Assembly: GCA_004555205.1 (NCBI GenBank)
Contig: SFIY01000005.1
Location: 24,726-88,725, forward strand
From: Clostridiales bacterium
GTDB taxonomy: Bacteria; Bacillota; Clostridia; Oscillospirales; Oscillospiraceae
Direction of reading: 5' to 3'
Length of the DNA stretch: 64,000 nt
Every line of letters starts with the position of its first letter. Within the stretch, counting starts at the first letter, position 1. The position numbers and the translations under genes are program-made. Below, piece after piece: positions 62,064-64,000 of this stretch. The notes under the pieces are model-generated. The model was given only the letters and a program-made list of their open reading frames with translations. It had not been told where the DNA came from and ran no database searches.

Positions 62064-62090
62064 GCACGCAAATCCGAAGATTTTGCGTGC
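62064..62090 (-). terminator. Terminator directly 3' of the tRNA-Thr fragment
   Basis: GCACGCAAA (62064-72) pairs with TTTGCGTGC (62082-90), with a U-run on the minus strand. Looks like the native terminator of the tRNA gene. Confidence 0.75.
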
Positions 62091-62098
62091 TTTTCTCA

Positions 62099-62143
62099 TG
62101 GAGCTGCTGGGCGGATTTGAACCGCCGACCTCATCCTTACCAA
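62099..62143 (-). other. 3' half of tRNA-Thr(GGU), anticodon loop to CCA; att-type remnant, not a complete tRNA
   Basis: Minus strand: TTGGTAA-GGATG-AGGTC-GGCGG-TTCAAAT-CCGCC-CAGCAGC-T-CCA, i.e. anticodon loop (GGU), 3' anticodon stem, variable loop, T-arm, acceptor 3' strand, discriminator and CCA. The upstream sequence (GCCGG...) cannot pair with GGATG, and there is no D-arm or 5' acceptor strand. Confidence 0.75.
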
Positions 62144-62330
62144 CCGGCTTATCCCTCTCCAGTCACTGCTATACAAGGTTTTCCGGACTTTTTGACTGCA
62201 AACAGGAGGCTATCGGATTCTGTTTATCCCACTGCTTCCGTTCCCCGTGTGGGCCAGAAAGAGGAGCCACGGATTGGAATCAACCTTCCAAAAATGGCAA
62301 CACTGTAACCATAGAAAAGGTCACCCATGG

Positions 62331-63200
62331 CTACATGAAGAAACTGTCTATTTCTTCACGACAGGAAAGAATATCTTCATCTCTCACTCCTGCGGCTTTT
62401 GCCAGAAGGATAGATTGTAAGAAAGCATTTCTGAAATTCGGGACGAACGCATTTTCTACCAGTAAGTAGAACTGCTCGGCTTGATTATTCAGCTCTGCAA
62501 GAAAAAGCGTATATTTATGCTCCAGTTCCTCATCCAGCTGATACTGAGATATGATAAACTGGTTTACGATTTCCTGCTCTCTTCTGTAAAGCATCAATCT
62601 TCCATACTCAAATGCGAAGGATGCCACTGCCTGAGAAAAATCAGTAATTCTCTTATCGCCCATCAGTGCTGTCGCAGAAGCAAGGAGCTTTACCATCGCT
62701 TCAAGAGCAGCCCATAAGCAGTCTTCCGTGTACTTTACCTCGGTAATGATTCCGTTCCGCAACAATTCTGCGTTATTGTGAAGTTCATCGGCCAAGGCAT
62801 TGATTGTGTCGATAATCTTAGAGGGAACAACGCCTTTTATCAGTTCAGCAGAACAACGAATGTATCTTTCGAATAGGGTGAAGATGAAAACGCTGTATTC
62901 CTGATCGCTCGGAAGAATCGCAAACTTTGATACCGCACCGGCGATGTCCTTCCAATCGTCTGCTTCAAACTTTGATGGACTTTTGCCTTCCGCAATTTTA
63001 CGCAGAATAGCAAATGTCGCTATCGTTGCAGCTTTCCCGCCGGTCAGCTCCTGCTCGCCCCGCTTTTCAAGAATGGCATAGAAATGGTTTTGGACTACCT
63101 GAATCGTCTCCATTGCCTGTCCGAGTTTTTCGCCAACAGGAGTATTCAATAGTTGGTCTAATGCCAGGTTTTTCAGGTAACTCTTAAGATTGTTCTCCAT
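62331..63200 (-). CDS. Hypothetical protein, 289 aa, helix-rich by composition, no TM segment, no family recognised
   Basis: ATG at 63200 with GGAGAGG upstream. Overlaps the stop of the upstream gene by 17 nt. AT-rich codon usage unlike the host genes. Confidence 0.65.
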   Translation of the reverse strand: MENNLKSYLKNLALDQLLNTPVGEKLGQAMETIQVVQNHFYAILEKRGEQELTGGKAATIATFAILRKIAEGKSPSKFEADDWKDIAGAVSKFAILPSDQEYSVFIFTLFERYIRCSAELIKGVVPSKIIDTINALADELHNNAELLRNGIITEVKYTEDCLWAALEAMVKLLASATALMGDKRITDFSQAVASFAFEYGRLMLYRREQEIVNQFIISQYQLDEELEHKYTLFLAELNNQAEQFYLLVENAFVPNFRNAFLQSILLAKAAGVRDEDILSCREEIDSFFM

Positions 63201-64000
63201 TTTCCTCTCCGATTATCTTTCCAAACAGCGCAGCCAGCGCCTTGGTATTATTTACCAATGCTCCCAGGAGATACTTTTGTTCTTCATCAAGAGATAAGTA
63301 GTCTGCGCCATACAGGGGCAATGCTCTTGCCAACATATCATTTAATCCTGTCCGTGTCATGGCCGTTTCGGATAGGACCACACCAATTTTAGCATCCATT
63401 TCACGCACCGACTCAATGTTCTGCTTGACAGCTTGAATCTCTTGATTCTTCTGCTTATTCAATTTAGTCTTCTTTGCAGTGAAAATCAGTATAGAGGACA
63501 GCAGAGTTGCTCCGGCAATCGTCCAGCCAACAGGGCCGGCCAATGCCAGCAAGGCATTACCCGCCGCCATTCCACCGCCGCTTGCAGCAAGCGCGCCACC
63601 GCCGAGCCAAGCCAATGCTGCATTTGTTGCCGCGGCACCTGAGAGCGTTGAAATTGCTGCGCCAGTAGACGCAGTGCCAAATGTAGTTGCTATCCACATG
63701 GCCGCAGTAGGTGCCATAAATGCTACGGAAGCACCGGCGGCTAATCCTGCACCTGCTCCCGTGGCTGCTTTTCTTGCTTCCTGAAGCTCACGATTCGCAA
63801 ATTCACAGGAATCCGTAAATTTTTTCCTGTTGGTCAGAATCTCTTCAAATTCTGCGTCAAAAGACTTCGGGCGATTTGCGATACTGTTAACAAGGCCCTC
63901 TACAAAAGATATAGTATCAACTGCGCGGCTTCTCTCAACATAGAGCCGTATCCCTTTATCGTTCATCATGGTGTAAGCATCATTATATTCCGTTACAGCT
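63184..64000 (-). CDS. Hypothetical membrane protein with a Gly/Ala-zipper hydrophobic core; probably 5'-truncated by the window edge
   Basis: The track starts it at ATG 63969, but the frame stays open to 64000 (..AVTEYNDAYTMMNDKG..) and there is no SD before 63969. Residues about 68-164 of the visible part (nt about 63478-63768) are small-xxx-small repeats (GAGAGLAAGAS, LAWLGGGALAASGGGMAAGNALLALAG). These are flanked by charged regions that are probably helical. Confidence 0.65.
   Translation of the reverse strand, partial: AVTEYNDAYTMMNDKGIRLYVERSRAVDTISFVEGLVNSIANRPKSFDAEFEEILTNRKKFTDSCEFANRELQEARKAATGAGAGLAAGASVAFMAPTAAMWIATTFGTASTGAAISTLSGAAATNAALAWLGGGALAASGGGMAAGNALLALAGPVGWTIAGATLLSSILIFTAKKTKLNKQKNQEIQAVKQNIESVREMDAKIGVVLSETAMTRTGLNDMLARALPLYGADYLSLDEEQKYLLGALVNNTKALAALFGKIIGEENGEQS

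Larger units (their letters stand above)
62144..64000. mobile_element. Distal end of a putative element integrated into tRNA-Thr (low-GC island); continues beyond the window
   Basis: Abrupt composition change (sampled 60-nt lines about 38-50% GC versus about 60% in the flanking core), bounded by the tRNA 3'-half copy. Genes have no recognisable core function. Confidence 0.6.

Noticed and set aside
62099-62185. Complete tRNA gene on the minus strand.
   Set aside because: Only the 3' 45 nt fit a cloverleaf. The sequence 5' of the anticodon loop (GCCGG) cannot pair with GGATG, and there is no D-arm (no GCTCAGT..GG..AGAGC-like motif) or 5' acceptor strand GCTGCTG.
62099-62340. Possible tmRNA (ssrA). 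The 3' end GGTTCAAATCCGCC...GCTCCA resembles the tRNA-like 3' end of tmRNA, which is a classic integration target.
   Set aside because: No complementary GGGG...-type 5' acceptor strand within 250-450 nt upstream on the minus strand. No tag reading frame ending in an Ala-Ala stop. The segment preceding the T-arm reads as a tRNA-Thr anticodon loop and stem (TTGGTAA-GGATG), not a tmRNA pseudoknot.

Overview
This is a 64-kb chromosomal window from a high-GC (about 60% by hand counts of sampled lines), spore-forming Firmicute of the class Clostridia. The gene content looks Oscillospiraceae/Ruminococcaceae-like, but that is an inference, not a database result. About 97% of the window is densely packed core genome.

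Core genes, left to right:
- Envelope, rRNA modification and transport: cell-wall amidase, RlmI-like methyltransferase, putP with a divergent LysR regulator.
- Stress operon: ctsR, a mcsA-like gene and clpC, with no mcsB.
- Methylthioadenosine salvage cluster: purine nucleoside phosphorylase (PNP), MtaD and MtnA.
- A 57-aa ferredoxin that is absent from the ORF track.
- RNA modification and sporulation: yabB-like methyltransferase, rsmI, abrB-like regulator, spmA and spmB.
- Housekeeping: murI, a DUF1934 gene, argS, thyA, folA, gap, recG, nudC, uvrC, ptsH.
- A long minus-strand run: yqfC, yqfD, phoH, ybeY, era, recO, mutS2; ylbJ lies next to it on the plus strand.
- Nucleoside uptake and use: a BMP-type nucleoside ABC transporter plus deoC.
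- Oxidative stress: perR followed by a reverse rubrerythrin.
- A stand-alone EF-G paralogue, a degenerate P-type-ATPase-like membrane protein, rlmB and ftsH.
- Amino acid biosynthesis: thrB and thrC, divergent from ask and asd.
- A COG2984-type ABC transporter behind a T-box leader whose specifier reads UGG (Trp).

Many consensus sigma-A promoters and rho-independent hairpins are readable directly in the sequence.

The one clearly accessory segment is the right end. A 45-nt copy of the 3' half of tRNA-Thr(GGU) sits at 62099-62143, with its own terminator. Immediately beyond it GC drops to about 40-50%. That low-GC segment carries two overlapping minus-strand genes I cannot assign to any family:
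- a protein with a roughly 95-aa Gly/Ala-zipper hydrophobic core, whose frame is still open at the window edge;
- a 289-aa protein that looks helix-rich and has no hydrophobic segment.

I read this as the far end of an element integrated into tRNA-Thr, and it is the best candidate for an undescribed system here. The rest of the element lies outside the window.

Most long ORFs in the track that run antisense to these genes are high-GC shadow ORFs and are rejected.
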